Shown: positions 29,205 to 39,745 of the stretch, piece by piece
Numbering within the stretch: the first letter of the stretch is position 1
How the letters are laid out: each line of letters opens with the position of its first letter
Assembly: GCA_963813155.1 (NCBI GenBank)
Contig: CAWEYG010000002.1
Span: 576,001 to 640,000, forward strand
DNA length: 64,000 nucleotides
Source: an uncultured Acidobacteriota bacterium
GTDB taxonomy: Bacteria > Acidobacteriota > Thermoanaerobaculia > UBA5066 > DATFVB01
Direction of reading: 5' to 3'
The notes under the pieces: model-generated
The model's input: the letters and a program-made list of their open reading frames with translations, nothing else
Database searches by the model: none
What the model was told of the DNA's origin: nothing
Program-made: the position numbers and the translations under genes

Positions 29205-30338
29205 ATGGCGGGCGCGCGCGACCCGGAAGAGGACGTCTGGATCACGGGGCTCGGGGCCGTCACCGCGTTCGGAGTCGGCGTCGACCCGTACTTCGAGGGC
29301 TGCCGCGACGGCCGGCTCGCGACGTCCCCGATCGAACGCTTCGAAACCGGCGATCTCAACTGCCACGTCGGGGGAACTGTCCCCGGGGAGTGGCCGCTCT
29401 TTCGCGAGACCGAGTTCTCGATTCGCGCCGCGCGCGAGGCTCTCGACGACGCCGGCCTGAATTCCGGCGACGAGCGCGGCGAGGTGTGGCTCGGGATTCT
29501 CCAGCCCGACGCCGGGCCGCTCGAGAAAGAGATGCCGTGCCCCGGGAATTCCGCCCCCGACCTCGTCGCGAGAGAGGCCGGCTTCGGCGGGTTCTCGACG
29601 TCGGTCGCGACCGCGTGCTCGGCGGCGGGGATTTCGATCGCGCTCGCGGAGGAGCGGATTCGCGCCGGAACGTGCGACGTCGCGCTCGCGGGAGGCGTCG
29701 CGGGGCTCTTTCGCGCCGCGTTTGCGGGACTCTGCCAGATGGGCGGAATGGCCGACGAGGTCTGCCGCCCGTTCGACGCGGAACGCACGGGGGTCGTCAT
29801 CGGCGAAGGAGCGGGGTTCGTCGTGCTGGAGTCGGCCGCCCGCGCGCGCGCCCGCAAGGCCCGTCCCTACGCGAGGATCGCGGGCTCCGGAATTTCGTGC
29901 GACGCCACGCACCCGCTCGCGATGGATCGCACGGGAAAAGGAGTTCGCCGCGCGCTCCGGGAATGCCTCGCGAGCTCCGGCCGCCCGGCCGGCTCGATCG
30001 CTCTCGTCGTCGGCCACGGGACCGGGACCCGCCTGAACGATTCGACCGAGACGGAGGCGATCCGCGAGATCTACGGCCTCCATCCGGAGGTCGTGTCGCT
30101 CAAGCCCCCGATCGGACACACGATGAGCGCTTCCGCGGCGCTCTCGGTCGTCCTGCTCTGTCGGATGTTCCGCGACAGGGTCCGCCTCGGAACGACGACG
30201 CTTCGCAACCCCGACCCGGAACTGCCGCGCCTGAATTTTCCCCGCGAGACCGCCGCCTGGGAACCGCGCCTCTCGGCGGTTCACGCTTTCGGCTTCGGGG
30301 GGCAGAACGTCGCCCTGCTGCTGGAGCCGTTCGAGTGA
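29205..30338 (+). CDS. Beta-ketoacyl-ACP synthase (KAS II / type II PKS KS-like)
   Basis: ITGLGAVT, TACSAA (Cys), CRPFD, GEGAG, HGTGT, IGHT, FGFGGQN. Confidence 0.9.
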   Translation: MAGARDPEEDVWITGLGAVTAFGVGVDPYFEGCRDGRLATSPIERFETGDLNCHVGGTVPGEWPLFRETEFSIRAAREALDDAGLNSGDERGEVWLGILQPDAGPLEKEMPCPGNSAPDLVAREAGFGGFSTSVATACSAAGISIALAEERIRAGTCDVALAGGVAGLFRAAFAGLCQMGGMADEVCRPFDAERTGVVIGEGAGFVVLESAARARARKARPYARIAGSGISCDATHPLAMDRTGKGVRRALRECLASSGRPAGSIALVVGHGTGTRLNDSTETEAIREIYGLHPEVVSLKPPIGHTMSASAALSVVLLCRMFRDRVRLGTTTLRNPDPELPRLNFPRETAAWEPRLSAVHAFGFGGQNVALLLEPFE

Positions 30339-31012
30339 GCGCGCTCGGCGGCGAGCCGGCGCTCGTCCGGGAAGCCGCGCTCGGCCCGCGGGACGATCCG
30401 CTCGTGGCTCTGCTGGAAGCCGCCTATCGAAGCCTGTCGCCGGCCGCGTCCGCGGAGGAAGACCCCGCTGGCCTGATCGTCGCCGGCGACGGGTCGCGGG
30501 TCGGCCAGCGCCGGATCTTCGAGAGGGCCGCCGAGACCGGACGCGCCCTCCCGCCGCGTTTCATTCCCCACCGCCTTTCCAACGGCGCGGCGAGCCAGCT
30601 CGCGATCCGCTTCCAGCACACCGGACGCGTCCTGACCTTCCCCGACGGGCAGGCGTCGGTTTTTCGCGCGCTCGCGTTCGCCGTCGCCTCGCTCGAGGCG
30701 GGATCGGGCCCGCGGCGATGGGTCCTGCTCTCGGGGACGGTGGACGGATTCGACCAGGAGAAAGTCGAAGGCGCTTCCCTGGCGCTGGAGCTTCGGCGCG
30801 ACGACCCGAGCCCCTTCGTCCGTTTCCGCTCGGACCGCGACCCCGGAGGCGCCGAGGAAGGACCGGGCGATTCCCGGTCGCTGCTCCTGTCGCTGGCCGG
30901 GATGCGGAATTGGGAATCCGAAAAAGCCTTTCGCGACCCGGAGAGAAGGAACGCCGCGGAGCTCTGGATCCGGGGAAAGAGAGCTACCATTCGATCGAAG
31001 GAGGAACCATGA
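30335..31012 (+). CDS. Truncated ketosynthase-like / chain-length-factor-like protein
   Basis: PRFIPHRLSNGAASQLAIRF matches the KS N-terminal segment; no TAC catalytic Cys; GTGA overlap with the KS gene. Confidence 0.65.
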   Translation: MSALGGEPALVREAALGPRDDPLVALLEAAYRSLSPAASAEEDPAGLIVAGDGSRVGQRRIFERAAETGRALPPRFIPHRLSNGAASQLAIRFQHTGRVLTFPDGQASVFRALAFAVASLEAGSGPRRWVLLSGTVDGFDQEKVEGASLALELRRDDPSPFVRFRSDRDPGGAEEGPGDSRSLLLSLAGMRNWESEKAFRDPERRNAAELWIRGKRATIRSKEEP

Positions 31013-31620
31013 AATTGAAGCGTCTCTCCCTCCTCGTCTTCCTGATTCTTCCCGGGAGCCGCGCGCTCTTCGCCGAGGGCGCGACGGACCACCGTTTCCA
31101 CGTCTCCTTCGGCGCCCTCGCGGGTTCCGACGCGATCGTCCAGACGCCGGAAGGCGCGGCCGTCGCGCTCACCGTTTCGTTTTCCCTCCCGGCCGCGGCG
31201 TTCGTGCCCGATCCCTACGCCGGAAAGTGCCGTTTCACAGCCGTCAAGTACACGCTCAAGCCGTCCGACCAGAAAGAAATCCTCGGCGATCAATACAAAG
31301 CCCCGGACCCGGACGCCGACGATCCGCTCGTGCTGCATCCGATCGAGCTGCAGAACGCCGCGGGAAAATTCCACGCGAATTCGATTTACCTTCTTCTCAG
31401 CGACTCGGAAGACCTGAAGGACGTCAAAGGCCTCCATGACTGCACGATCGTGAGCAAGGACCGCGACCGCTACCGCGGCGAGACGCTGAACGAGGTCTCC
31501 TGCCAGGACGAGCGCGGCGCCGCCCGCAAGTTCAGCGAGTACGCGGGAAGGGCGAGCTTCTACGCCTGCGGGGCGCCGGCGGAGAAGGCCCCGGCGAAGA
31601 AAGGGAAACCGCGGGGTTGA
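31009..31620 (+). CDS. Secreted hypothetical protein
   Basis: Signal MKLKRLSLLVFLIL; strong SD; four Cys. Confidence 0.7.
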   Translation: MKLKRLSLLVFLILPGSRALFAEGATDHRFHVSFGALAGSDAIVQTPEGAAVALTVSFSLPAAAFVPDPYAGKCRFTAVKYTLKPSDQKEILGDQYKAPDPDADDPLVLHPIELQNAAGKFHANSIYLLLSDSEDLKDVKGLHDCTIVSKDRDRYRGETLNEVSCQDERGAARKFSEYAGRASFYACGAPAEKAPAKKGKPRG

Positions 31621-33158
31621 TCGTGAACTTTCGAAAATGGGCTCGGGCGGGAGCCCTGGCGGCTGCGGCTTCCGCGGCGCTCGCCGCGGCTTCGTGCTCG
31701 GAGAGCCCGCGGAACGACTCGCTCACGATCGCGCTTCCGTACGAGGTGACGACCCTCGATCCGCACGCGGCGTTCACGCTTTCGAACCTCGCGATCCTGA
31801 TGAACAGCTATGAAACGCTCGTTTCCACCGACGCGGAAATGCGCCTCCTGCCGTGCCTGGCCGAGCGCTGGGAAAACCCCGACCAGGAGACATGGATCTT
31901 CCATCTGCGCCGCGACGTCCGGTTCCACAGCGGCAAGCTCCTCGATTCGCGCGACGTGGCGTATTCGTTCAACCGGCTTCTGCGGCGGCGGGACCTCCAG
32001 ATGTCGGGCTACCTGATCTACATCCGAAGCGTCGAGGCGCTCGACCCGGCGACGGTTCGCATTCGCACGACGCGGCCGCTCGCGGTGCTGCTCAACAAGA
32101 CCACCGACGTCGCGATCGTTCCCGACGGATCAGCCGACGAAAAGCTCGCCGCGGGCGAGGATGGCACCGGGCCCTACCGCCTTCGGCGGCTGCGGGCCGA
32201 CGCGGTCGAGTTCGAGCGCAACGATCGCTACTGGGGCCCGAAGCCGGCATTTCGCACCGTCACTTACCGGTTGGCCACGAGTCCCCCCCGGGCGATCGAT
32301 CTGATCCGGTCGGGCGGAGCGGGTCTCGTCCAGTGCAACAGCCGCGCGGCTGCGGGTCTCCCGAGCGCGGGCGGACGGATCCGGATCCTGCGGCGGCCCG
32401 ATCTCTTTCTCAAACACCTCGCTTACGAGCTCCGTCAGGAAACCACGCCCGGAGTGTCCGGGGGACGAAATCCCTTTCGCGACATTCGCGTGCGGCGGGC
32501 GATCAACCTCGCGATCGACCGCGACTCGCTCGCCGCGGAGCTTCCCGCGCCCGCCGTGGCCGCCTCTCAGCTCACACCACCGTTCATCTTCGGGTTCGAC
32601 CCGTCGATCACGACGCCTCGCACGGACCGAACGGAAGCGAAGCGCCTGTTGAAGGAGGCGGGATACCCGAACGGTTTCCGCGTGAGGTTCGACGTCCGGC
32701 GCCTCTTCGAGCCGGCCGCCGCCCTCGTCGCCGGCCAGCTCGCGGCCGTCGGCGTGCTCGCGGACCTGCACGTCCACTCCGACCGGGAATTCGCGGCCCT
32801 CGCCGCGCCGGGCGCCAAGACGCTGATCCTCGACCGATTCGGCTGCACGACCGGAGACATCAGCGACATTTTCGACAACGTGGTCCACTCCCCGGACGGC
32901 GCGCGGCATTTCGGAATTTTCAACGCGGCCGGCTACGCGAACCCGGAGATCGACCAACTGATCGAAGAGAGCGCCGCGATCACGAACACGAACGCCCGCC
33001 GGAGCGCGCTCCAGAAAATCGTCGGTCAGGTCATGGACGATCTCGTCGTGATTCCCCTCTACGTGGACGAGGACGATTACGCCATCGACCGGTCCCTCGA
33101 CTGGCGCCCCCGCAACGACGGTATGGTGCTCGCCGCGGAAGTCCGCCCGGCGGCCTGA
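31617..33158 (+). CDS. ABC substrate-binding lipoprotein, family 5 (DppA/OppA-like)
   Basis: Lipobox AASC; TLDPH, YETLV, LRRDVRFHSG, GTGPY, VRRAINLAIDR. Confidence 0.9.
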   Translation: MIVNFRKWARAGALAAAASAALAAASCSESPRNDSLTIALPYEVTTLDPHAAFTLSNLAILMNSYETLVSTDAEMRLLPCLAERWENPDQETWIFHLRRDVRFHSGKLLDSRDVAYSFNRLLRRRDLQMSGYLIYIRSVEALDPATVRIRTTRPLAVLLNKTTDVAIVPDGSADEKLAAGEDGTGPYRLRRLRADAVEFERNDRYWGPKPAFRTVTYRLATSPPRAIDLIRSGGAGLVQCNSRAAAGLPSAGGRIRILRRPDLFLKHLAYELRQETTPGVSGGRNPFRDIRVRRAINLAIDRDSLAAELPAPAVAASQLTPPFIFGFDPSITTPRTDRTEAKRLLKEAGYPNGFRVRFDVRRLFEPAAALVAGQLAAVGVLADLHVHSDREFAALAAPGAKTLILDRFGCTTGDISDIFDNVVHSPDGARHFGIFNAAGYANPEIDQLIEESAAITNTNARRSALQKIVGQVMDDLVVIPLYVDEDDYAIDRSLDWRPRNDGMVLAAEVRPAA

Positions 33159-33272
33159 CCGGCCCTGTCCCCTTTTCGGCCGGCACGCGATAGAAGATAG
33201 AAGAGGGAGAGACGCCGGACCGAAGGGAAACGTATAGCGATCGGAAGGCCCGATCGAAAGGATGCAAAGGAG

Positions 33273-35237
33273 ATGTTCACTTTGGGAACCATCGGAAGAA
33301 TTCGAGCCGCGGTCGCAATCGCGTTCCTGCTTTCGCTCCCGGCGACCGGGCGCGCGTCGTACAAATGGAAGGACCCCACCCCCGCCGAAAAGCAGATCGT
33401 GGAGGACCCGGCGAAGGGACTCACGGGCGCCGTCTACCTGGAGATCTCCCAGGAGTCAGTGGACGCGGTCTTCCACCAATACGTGAGGGCGAAAATCCTG
33501 TCCCGGACCGGGTTCGAGGTCGGAACGGTCGACGACCTCTCGGACGAAGCGTTCGAAATCGAAGGCCGCACGATCAGCGCGACGGGAGTCGTCACGCCGC
33601 TGCCCGAACGCGAGATTCGAACGATGACGACCGTCAAGGCCGCCGGCGGCTCCATCCGCCGAAAAGGGTTCACGATGCCGGGCCTCGAACCGGGCTCGTT
33701 CATCGAGTACACGTACCGCGAGTATGGCGCGTTCGGATCGCTCGGCGAGTACCACACCGAGGTGCCGTTTCAGAAAACTTTCCCGGTGCTTCGGCACTCG
33801 CTCACCGTGCCGCACGAGTTCCGATTTCCCTACTCCAGCGCGATTCGCTTCGCGAACGGCGTGAAAATCGAGACGCGCCCGGAGGCGGGAAAGGTCGTTT
33901 ACTCGGCGGACAACGCCCCTGCGATCCACCCGGAGCCGCACGGCCTGCCGAAAAACGAGCGGTCGGCGGCCGTGATTTTCTCGTATTTCTTCTCCGACCT
34001 CCGCGCGTCGACCGCCGACCAGTACTGGGCCGGCGCGACGCGCCTCGGCCTCGCGCCATGGGTGAAGAACCGCCTCCTTCGTCCTTCGAAGGTGGAAGAC
34101 CGGCTCAAGAAAATTCCGGGATCCCGGAGCGCGGACGCTCCAGCGCGACTCAAGGCGCTCTACGCCTACGTCCAGACGACTCTCAAAAACCGCGAGGCCC
34201 TGCCCGCCGGCGAGACACCTCCGCCGGGCGGCTGGAAGAAAAACGCCGACGCGGGCGACGCGTTTTCCCGCGGGAGCGGAACGCCCGAGGATCTCGTGTC
34301 GGCATTCGTGTCGCTGCTTCGCGCCGACGGCTGGGCCAGCCGCGTCGTCTACTGCCCGGATCTCCAGGTGCGCGTCTTTCACCCGCAGATCCCGTCGATC
34401 TACCAGTTCGACACGGAGGTCGTCGAGGTCCGCGACCCGGGCCTGCCGAACCCCGTCTACCTGAGCTTCGAGCATCCCGACACGCCGTTCGGGGTCGTCG
34501 CATGGAACCACCTTGGAACCGATTGCTACGCGGTCGATCTCGACAAAGCGACGGCCGAGGTCGTGCAGATCCCGCAGGCTGCGCCCGCGCAAAACCTGCG
34601 GCGCCGGCTGTGGACGGTAGGCCTGACGGCGGACGGCGACGCGAAGATCGTCCGCGAAAGCCACTGGAACGGCCAGCAGGCCCTGGAGGCGCGCTCCACC
34701 CTCTTTCAGAAAGGGCGCTCGCAGTACGAGAAGGACCTTCGCGAGGACTACCGGAAGATGGATCCCCCGGCCGAGATCGACTCCGTGGAAACGCGCAATG
34801 ACTCGGCGCCGAACGAGGAATTCGTGACGAAGATCTCGTTCGAGCGAACGGGGCTGCTGCCGGCCATGTCGGGGCGAGTCATCTTCTCTCCCCTTTCGAT
34901 GGTCGGCGAGTCCAACCCGTTCACGCAGGAGAAGCGAACAGAGCCCATTCGGTTCGCCTACCCGTGGCTCAACGCGGACACTTTCACGATCTCCCTTCCG
35001 CCGGGATACGCCTTCGAAGGGATTCCCCGCGGCTACGACAACTCGAACGAGGCGGGTCACTACTCGGTGACCGCCCGCCAGGAGGGCAATACCGTCATCG
35101 TCGACCGGGTTTTCGAGCTTCGCCGCGCGGCGGCGAGCGCGAGTGCGTACCCGCTCTACCAGTCGCTCTTCGAGACGGCGGCCCGGGGGGATTCGGACTT
35201 TTCGCTGGTCCTCAAAAAGACGGCGGGCTCGAAATGA
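33273..35237 (+). CDS. DUF3857 + transglutaminase-like domain protein (catalytic Cys apparently absent)
   Basis: EGRTI..G, MPGLEPGSFIEY, GSGTPED at the Cys position, C-terminal LPPGY domain. Confidence 0.75.
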   Translation: MFTLGTIGRIRAAVAIAFLLSLPATGRASYKWKDPTPAEKQIVEDPAKGLTGAVYLEISQESVDAVFHQYVRAKILSRTGFEVGTVDDLSDEAFEIEGRTISATGVVTPLPEREIRTMTTVKAAGGSIRRKGFTMPGLEPGSFIEYTYREYGAFGSLGEYHTEVPFQKTFPVLRHSLTVPHEFRFPYSSAIRFANGVKIETRPEAGKVVYSADNAPAIHPEPHGLPKNERSAAVIFSYFFSDLRASTADQYWAGATRLGLAPWVKNRLLRPSKVEDRLKKIPGSRSADAPARLKALYAYVQTTLKNREALPAGETPPPGGWKKNADAGDAFSRGSGTPEDLVSAFVSLLRADGWASRVVYCPDLQVRVFHPQIPSIYQFDTEVVEVRDPGLPNPVYLSFEHPDTPFGVVAWNHLGTDCYAVDLDKATAEVVQIPQAAPAQNLRRRLWTVGLTADGDAKIVRESHWNGQQALEARSTLFQKGRSQYEKDLREDYRKMDPPAEIDSVETRNDSAPNEEFVTKISFERTGLLPAMSGRVIFSPLSMVGESNPFTQEKRTEPIRFAYPWLNADTFTISLPPGYAFEGIPRGYDNSNEAGHYSVTARQEGNTVIVDRVFELRRAAASASAYPLYQSLFETAARGDSDFSLVLKKTAGSK

Positions 35238-37165
35238 GGCGGGCGCTGCTCGCCGCCGCCGCGGGCTTCGTGAGCGCCGCCGCGCTCGCCGCGACGCCCG
35301 ACTGGATCACCCGCGCGTCGAAAGCGGCCGTTCCCCCGGAGCTGCTCTCGGTCCGGCCCGCGCCGGACGCGGTCGTCCTGTGGGACCAGCAGATCATCAC
35401 GGCGTCGGCCGCAACGGGTTCGACGAAGCTCTTTCGCCGGCACGCGGTTCGGATCCTCACGGTCGGCGGAAGCTCCGCCGGGACGTTCGAGGAAGCTTAC
35501 GACGACGATTCGCGCGTCGACATCGAGGGCGCGTGGAGCCTCCACGGCGACGGCACCACCGAAGAGCTCAAGCTTCGCGACGTCGTGACGACGCAACTCG
35601 CGAACCCCGAGTACTTCACCGACACGCAAATGCTGTATTTCCGTCCGCCGCGGTTGGCCCCGGGCGACGTGGCCGCGTTCGCGCTCTCCCGAAAGTCACG
35701 GCGGGACGTGCATCAATGGATCCTCCCGCTGCAAAGGAAGGAACCCGTCGTCGGGGAACAGATCGTCATCGACCTTCCGGCGGGATGGCGCCACCGCTGG
35801 CGGCTCACCCGGGCGCCGGAGGGCTACTCCGGACCGCTCTCGGGTGACGGGTCCAACCAGGCTTCGTACCCGTTCGGGCCCCAGCGCGCGCTTCCCGAGG
35901 AGGCGTCGGCGCCTCCGGAAGCCGACCTCCCGGCACAAATCGAGATCGCCCTGATCCCGCCTGCCGGAAGCTTCGGCAATCTCGCGTTTGCGGCCTGGAA
36001 CGACGTCGCTTCGTGGTTCGAGCGCAAGAGCGTTCCTGCCCGCGGCGCCGTGCCGGCCGCCCTTCGCGTGCCCGGCACGAGTCCGCTCGCGGACTGCGCC
36101 CGCTGGGTCCAGGAGAAGGTGCGGTACGTCGCGCTCGAGGTCGGCGAAGGTGGCTACGTCGCGAGGCCTCCGGCGCTCGTCGCGCAGCGCCTGTTCGGAG
36201 ACTGCAAGGACAAGGCGTTTCTGCTCATCGCGCTGCTGAAAAGAAACGGGATCGAGGCGTATCCCGTCCTCGCGAGGCCGCGCGACTTCGGAAGCGTGGA
36301 CCCCGGCTTCCCGTCTCCCGTCCAGTTCGATCACCTGGTCGTCGCGGTGCGGCCGCCGAAGGTGGAAGCCGTGCCCGGGCTCGTGAAGCTCCCCGACGGG
36401 CCCGCGGTGATCTTCGATCCGACCGACCCGTGGACGCCGTTCGGCGAGCTCCCCCAGGGCCTGCAGGGCACGCGGGCGCTCGTCGTCGAGAACGGCAGCG
36501 GCATTCTCGTGGAGCTGCCGTACGCGGACGGTTCCGTCAACTCGCAGAACCGAACGGTGGACGCCGCTCTCGACCGCTCGGGGCGGCTCTCCGCCTCGGT
36601 GACCGACACGACGCGAGGCACGCGGTGCCAGCGGGACATCTATCAGTCGATGCCGCCGTTGAAGCGCACGGAATCCCTCGCGCGCGGCGTGGAACGGGCG
36701 ATCCCGGGATCGACGCTGTCGGGCCTGACGCTCGAGCACCTCGACGACCGGGACCAGCCGCTCGAAGCCCGCTACTCCGTGACGGCGCCCGGGTACCTGC
36801 ACCACGCGGGCGGCGTATGGCTTCTCTCCGTCCTGCCGTTCCCGATGGGCCCTCACGAATCTCGCGCCTCTCCGAGCGGCGCTTTCCGATCGAGCTCGGG
36901 GAGCCCCGGCAGCTGGACCTCAAGGCCACTCTCCGCCTCCCGGAAGGTTTCAAGCTCGACGGATTGCCCGACGCCGTCGACGCGGACAACGCTTACGCCG
37001 CGTACCATTTCTCGGTTTCGCAGCAGGGCTCCGCGATCGTCGCGACCGAGTCGTACCGCGTGAAGAAAACCTCGATCCCGGTCGCGGAAGCTGGCCGCGT
37101 GGAAGCAGATCGAGTCCGCCGCCGCGAAGGGGCGCGGCGCGACCGCGGCCGTGCTGCCTCCGTAG
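35234..37165 (+). CDS. DUF3857 + transglutaminase domain protein (indels near 36855 and 37090)
   Basis: VRYVALEVGEGG, GDCKDKA, FDHLVV, FDPT; the C-terminus RRFPIEL..LPEGF continues in other frames to a stop at 37165. Confidence 0.8.
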
Positions 37166-37181
37166 GGACTTCCCCGGCTCT

Positions 37182-39695
37182 CTATCGGCCTTCCGGCCCC
37201 GCAATCGGAACGAGGGGCGGCGGCTCGACCGGGGCGATCACGGGAATCGGGACCGGATCGACGGTGAAGGACGCGCTCTCCGTGACGCCCAGGTAGGTCG
37301 CGGCGACCGCCGCCGCCGTGGGAGACGAGACGGCCGTCGTCGTCACCGAAAACGAGGCGGACGCCGAACCCTCGGGAACGAGAACGCTTTGCGGAACCGA
37401 GACCGGACCGCTCGCCGAGAGCGTCACGACGGCGCCGCCCGCGGGCGCGACGGCGGAAAGCGTCACGCTTCCCGTCAAATCGAAGCCTCCCGCGACCGAG
37501 TCGCGACTGACGCTGACGGACTGCAGCGCGGCCGGTATCGGCCTCAACGTCGCCGGCAGGGCCGCGACGAAAGCATCCTCGGAACCGCCGTCCGCGGCAT
37601 GCGCCGCGAACGCCCCGCCGGCGGTGCCGGGAAAATCGCTCGAGGTCGTGGTCCCGGCGACATACACGTCCCCCGAAATCGGGTGGATCGCGAGCGCGTT
37701 CGCGGCGTCGGTTCCGCCGCCTCCGAGATAGGTCGCCTGCGCAAGCGTCGCCAGGTCGGCAGTCAGGTGCGCGACGAACGCGTCTTCGAACCCCCCGCCT
37801 CCGTTCGCGGCCTGCGCCGCGCCGGACGTGCCGGGAAAGTCCGCGGAAGAGCTGACACCGGCCACGTAAACGTCCCCCGTGGCGGGGTGAATCGCGAGCG
37901 CGCTCGCGACGTCGTCGCCGCTCCCTCCGAGGTAGGTCGCCCGCTCGAGCGAGGACAGGTCGAAGGTCAGACGCGCGACAAACGCGTCCGCGCCCCCGGC
38001 AGCGCCCGCCTGCGCCGCGCCGGACGTGCCCGGAAAGTCCGTGGAATCCGTATATCCCGCGGCGTACACGTCGCCCGACACCGGATGAATCGCGAGGGCC
38101 CGAACGACGTCGCCGCCGGTGCCCCCCAGGTACGTGACCTGCTCGACCGCCGTCAGGCCGGCATTGAATCGGGCGACGAAGCCGTCCGTGTTGCCGGAGT
38201 CCGCCGCGTGCGAAGGGAAGGCCCCGCCCGACGTGCCCCGAAAATCGACGGAAAGCGTGAAGCCCCCGATGTACACGTCTCCGGAAGCCGGATGTATCGC
38301 GATCGCGTTGGCCTGATCGTAGCTGTCGCCGCCCGCGTAAGTCGCCTGATTGAGCGTCTTGAGGTCGGAGCTGAGACGAGCGACGAACGCGTCGCCCTCG
38401 CCGGCCGTCCCCGAGTGCGCTCCGCCGGAGGTCCGCGGAAAGTCCTTGGAGAGCGTCCAGCCCGCCACGTAGACCTCTCCCGAGGTCGGATGGACCGCGA
38501 GAGCGAGAGCCTGGTCGACGTTGTTGCCGCCCAGGTAGGTGGCCTGCTCGAGAGTCGTCAGGGAGGAGCTCAACCGCGCGACGAAAGCGTCGCTCGTGAC
38601 GATCGTGGTGGAGCTGTCCGTGCTCTTCTGCGGCTGCGCGCCGCCGGTGACGCCGGGGAAATCCGTCGAGTCCGTGTAGCCGGCGACGTACACGTCGCCC
38701 GACGCCGGATCGATCGCGAGGGCGCGGGCGGCGTCGACGCCGCTGCCGCCGAGGTAGGTGGCCTGCTCGAGCGCCGTCAGTCCGGGCGTGAAGCGCGCGA
38801 CGAAGGCGTCGTCGAAGCTCCCGGCTCCTTTGGCCGGCTGCCCTCCGCCGGCCGTGCCCGGAAAATCCGTCGAGAACGCATCGCCCGCCACGTACACGTC
38901 GCCCGACGTCGGGTTGACGGCGATCGCGAAGGCCTCGTCGTCGTTGTCGCCGCCCAGGTAGGTCGCCTGGAACACGGGATCGATCACGACGGGCAGCGCC
39001 GCGTCGCGGTCCGCTAGGCGAAATCCATATTGCCGTCCGTGCAGCTCGTACGCGACGCGCACGCGCGACGACGTTCCGCGGCCGTCTGTCTGGGTCGCCG
39101 AAGGCGCCGTGAACGTCACGGCCCCGGAGCCGGTTTCCGCGACGAGGGCCCCGGCCGAGTCCACCCGCAGCCTCCGCGCGCCGCGGACGCTCATTCGAAT
39201 CGACGCGGGATCGGCGCCTGGCCGAACCGTGAACACCTTCTCGACTCCCCGGCCGCGCGCCCGCAAATCGAGCGAGACCCCGGGCCAGACCTCCCCGAGG
39301 GAAACGTCCTCGAAGGTCCGAAGTCCGGTTCTCCACCGCTTCCGGTCGTTTCCCCGGAACTCGCTCACGGACGCGGAGGCCCGGGTTCCCCCTGTCGGCC
39401 GGGGCCGTCCGCCGACCGCCGTCTCCGTCAGCGCGGAAGATTTCTTTCCCGAAGGGAGCGAATAGACCACCTTCCCGGCTCGAGTGACGAACACCGTGCC
39501 GGAGAAGGTCGGCGCATAGAATGCGACCGCCGAATCCGCCTGGCCGGAATTCGTCACGAAGGGGACGCGCACGCCGGAGAATCGTTGCCCGGCCTGGCTC
39601 TCGGACGGCGAAATGCCCAAGAACACGAGCGCCAGGAGACCGAAAATCCATCGGAAACGAGGTTGGGCGCCTGTGGATCGAAAATTCATCTTCAT
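37182..39695 (-). CDS. Secreted SBBP beta-propeller repeat protein
   Basis: FVTNSGQ, VIDPV, about seven repeats of ATYLGG..D.A.ALAIHP.SGDVYVAG.T.S.DFPGT. Confidence 0.85.
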   Translation of the reverse strand: MKMNFRSTGAQPRFRWIFGLLALVFLGISPSESQAGQRFSGVRVPFVTNSGQADSAVAFYAPTFSGTVFVTRAGKVVYSLPSGKKSSALTETAVGGRPRPTGGTRASASVSEFRGNDRKRWRTGLRTFEDVSLGEVWPGVSLDLRARGRGVEKVFTVRPGADPASIRMSVRGARRLRVDSAGALVAETGSGAVTFTAPSATQTDGRGTSSRVRVAYELHGRQYGFRLADRDAALPVVIDPVFQATYLGGDNDDEAFAIAVNPTSGDVYVAGDAFSTDFPGTAGGGQPAKGAGSFDDAFVARFTPGLTALEQATYLGGSGVDAARALAIDPASGDVYVAGYTDSTDFPGVTGGAQPQKSTDSSTTIVTSDAFVARLSSSLTTLEQATYLGGNNVDQALALAVHPTSGEVYVAGWTLSKDFPRTSGGAHSGTAGEGDAFVARLSSDLKTLNQATYAGGDSYDQANAIAIHPASGDVYIGGFTLSVDFRGTSGGAFPSHAADSGNTDGFVARFNAGLTAVEQVTYLGGTGGDVVRALAIHPVSGDVYAAGYTDSTDFPGTSGAAQAGAAGGADAFVARLTFDLSSLERATYLGGSGDDVASALAIHPATGDVYVAGVSSSADFPGTSGAAQAANGGGGFEDAFVAHLTADLATLAQATYLGGGGTDAANALAIHPISGDVYVAGTTTSSDFPGTAGGAFAAHAADGGSEDAFVAALPATLRPIPAALQSVSVSRDSVAGGFDLTGSVTLSAVAPAGGAVVTLSASGPVSVPQSVLVPEGSASASFSVTTTAVSSPTAAAVAATYLGVTESASFTVDPVPIPVIAPVEPPPLVPIAGPEGR

Positions 39696-39745
39696 CGTTG
39701 GCCGCGCAGACGACCAACGTCCAAACGCGGCTCGAGGGCGATTCG

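Noticed and set aside
37560-38970. Periodic ~180-190-bp DNA repeats
   Set aside because: Explained by SBBP protein repeats; not CRISPR
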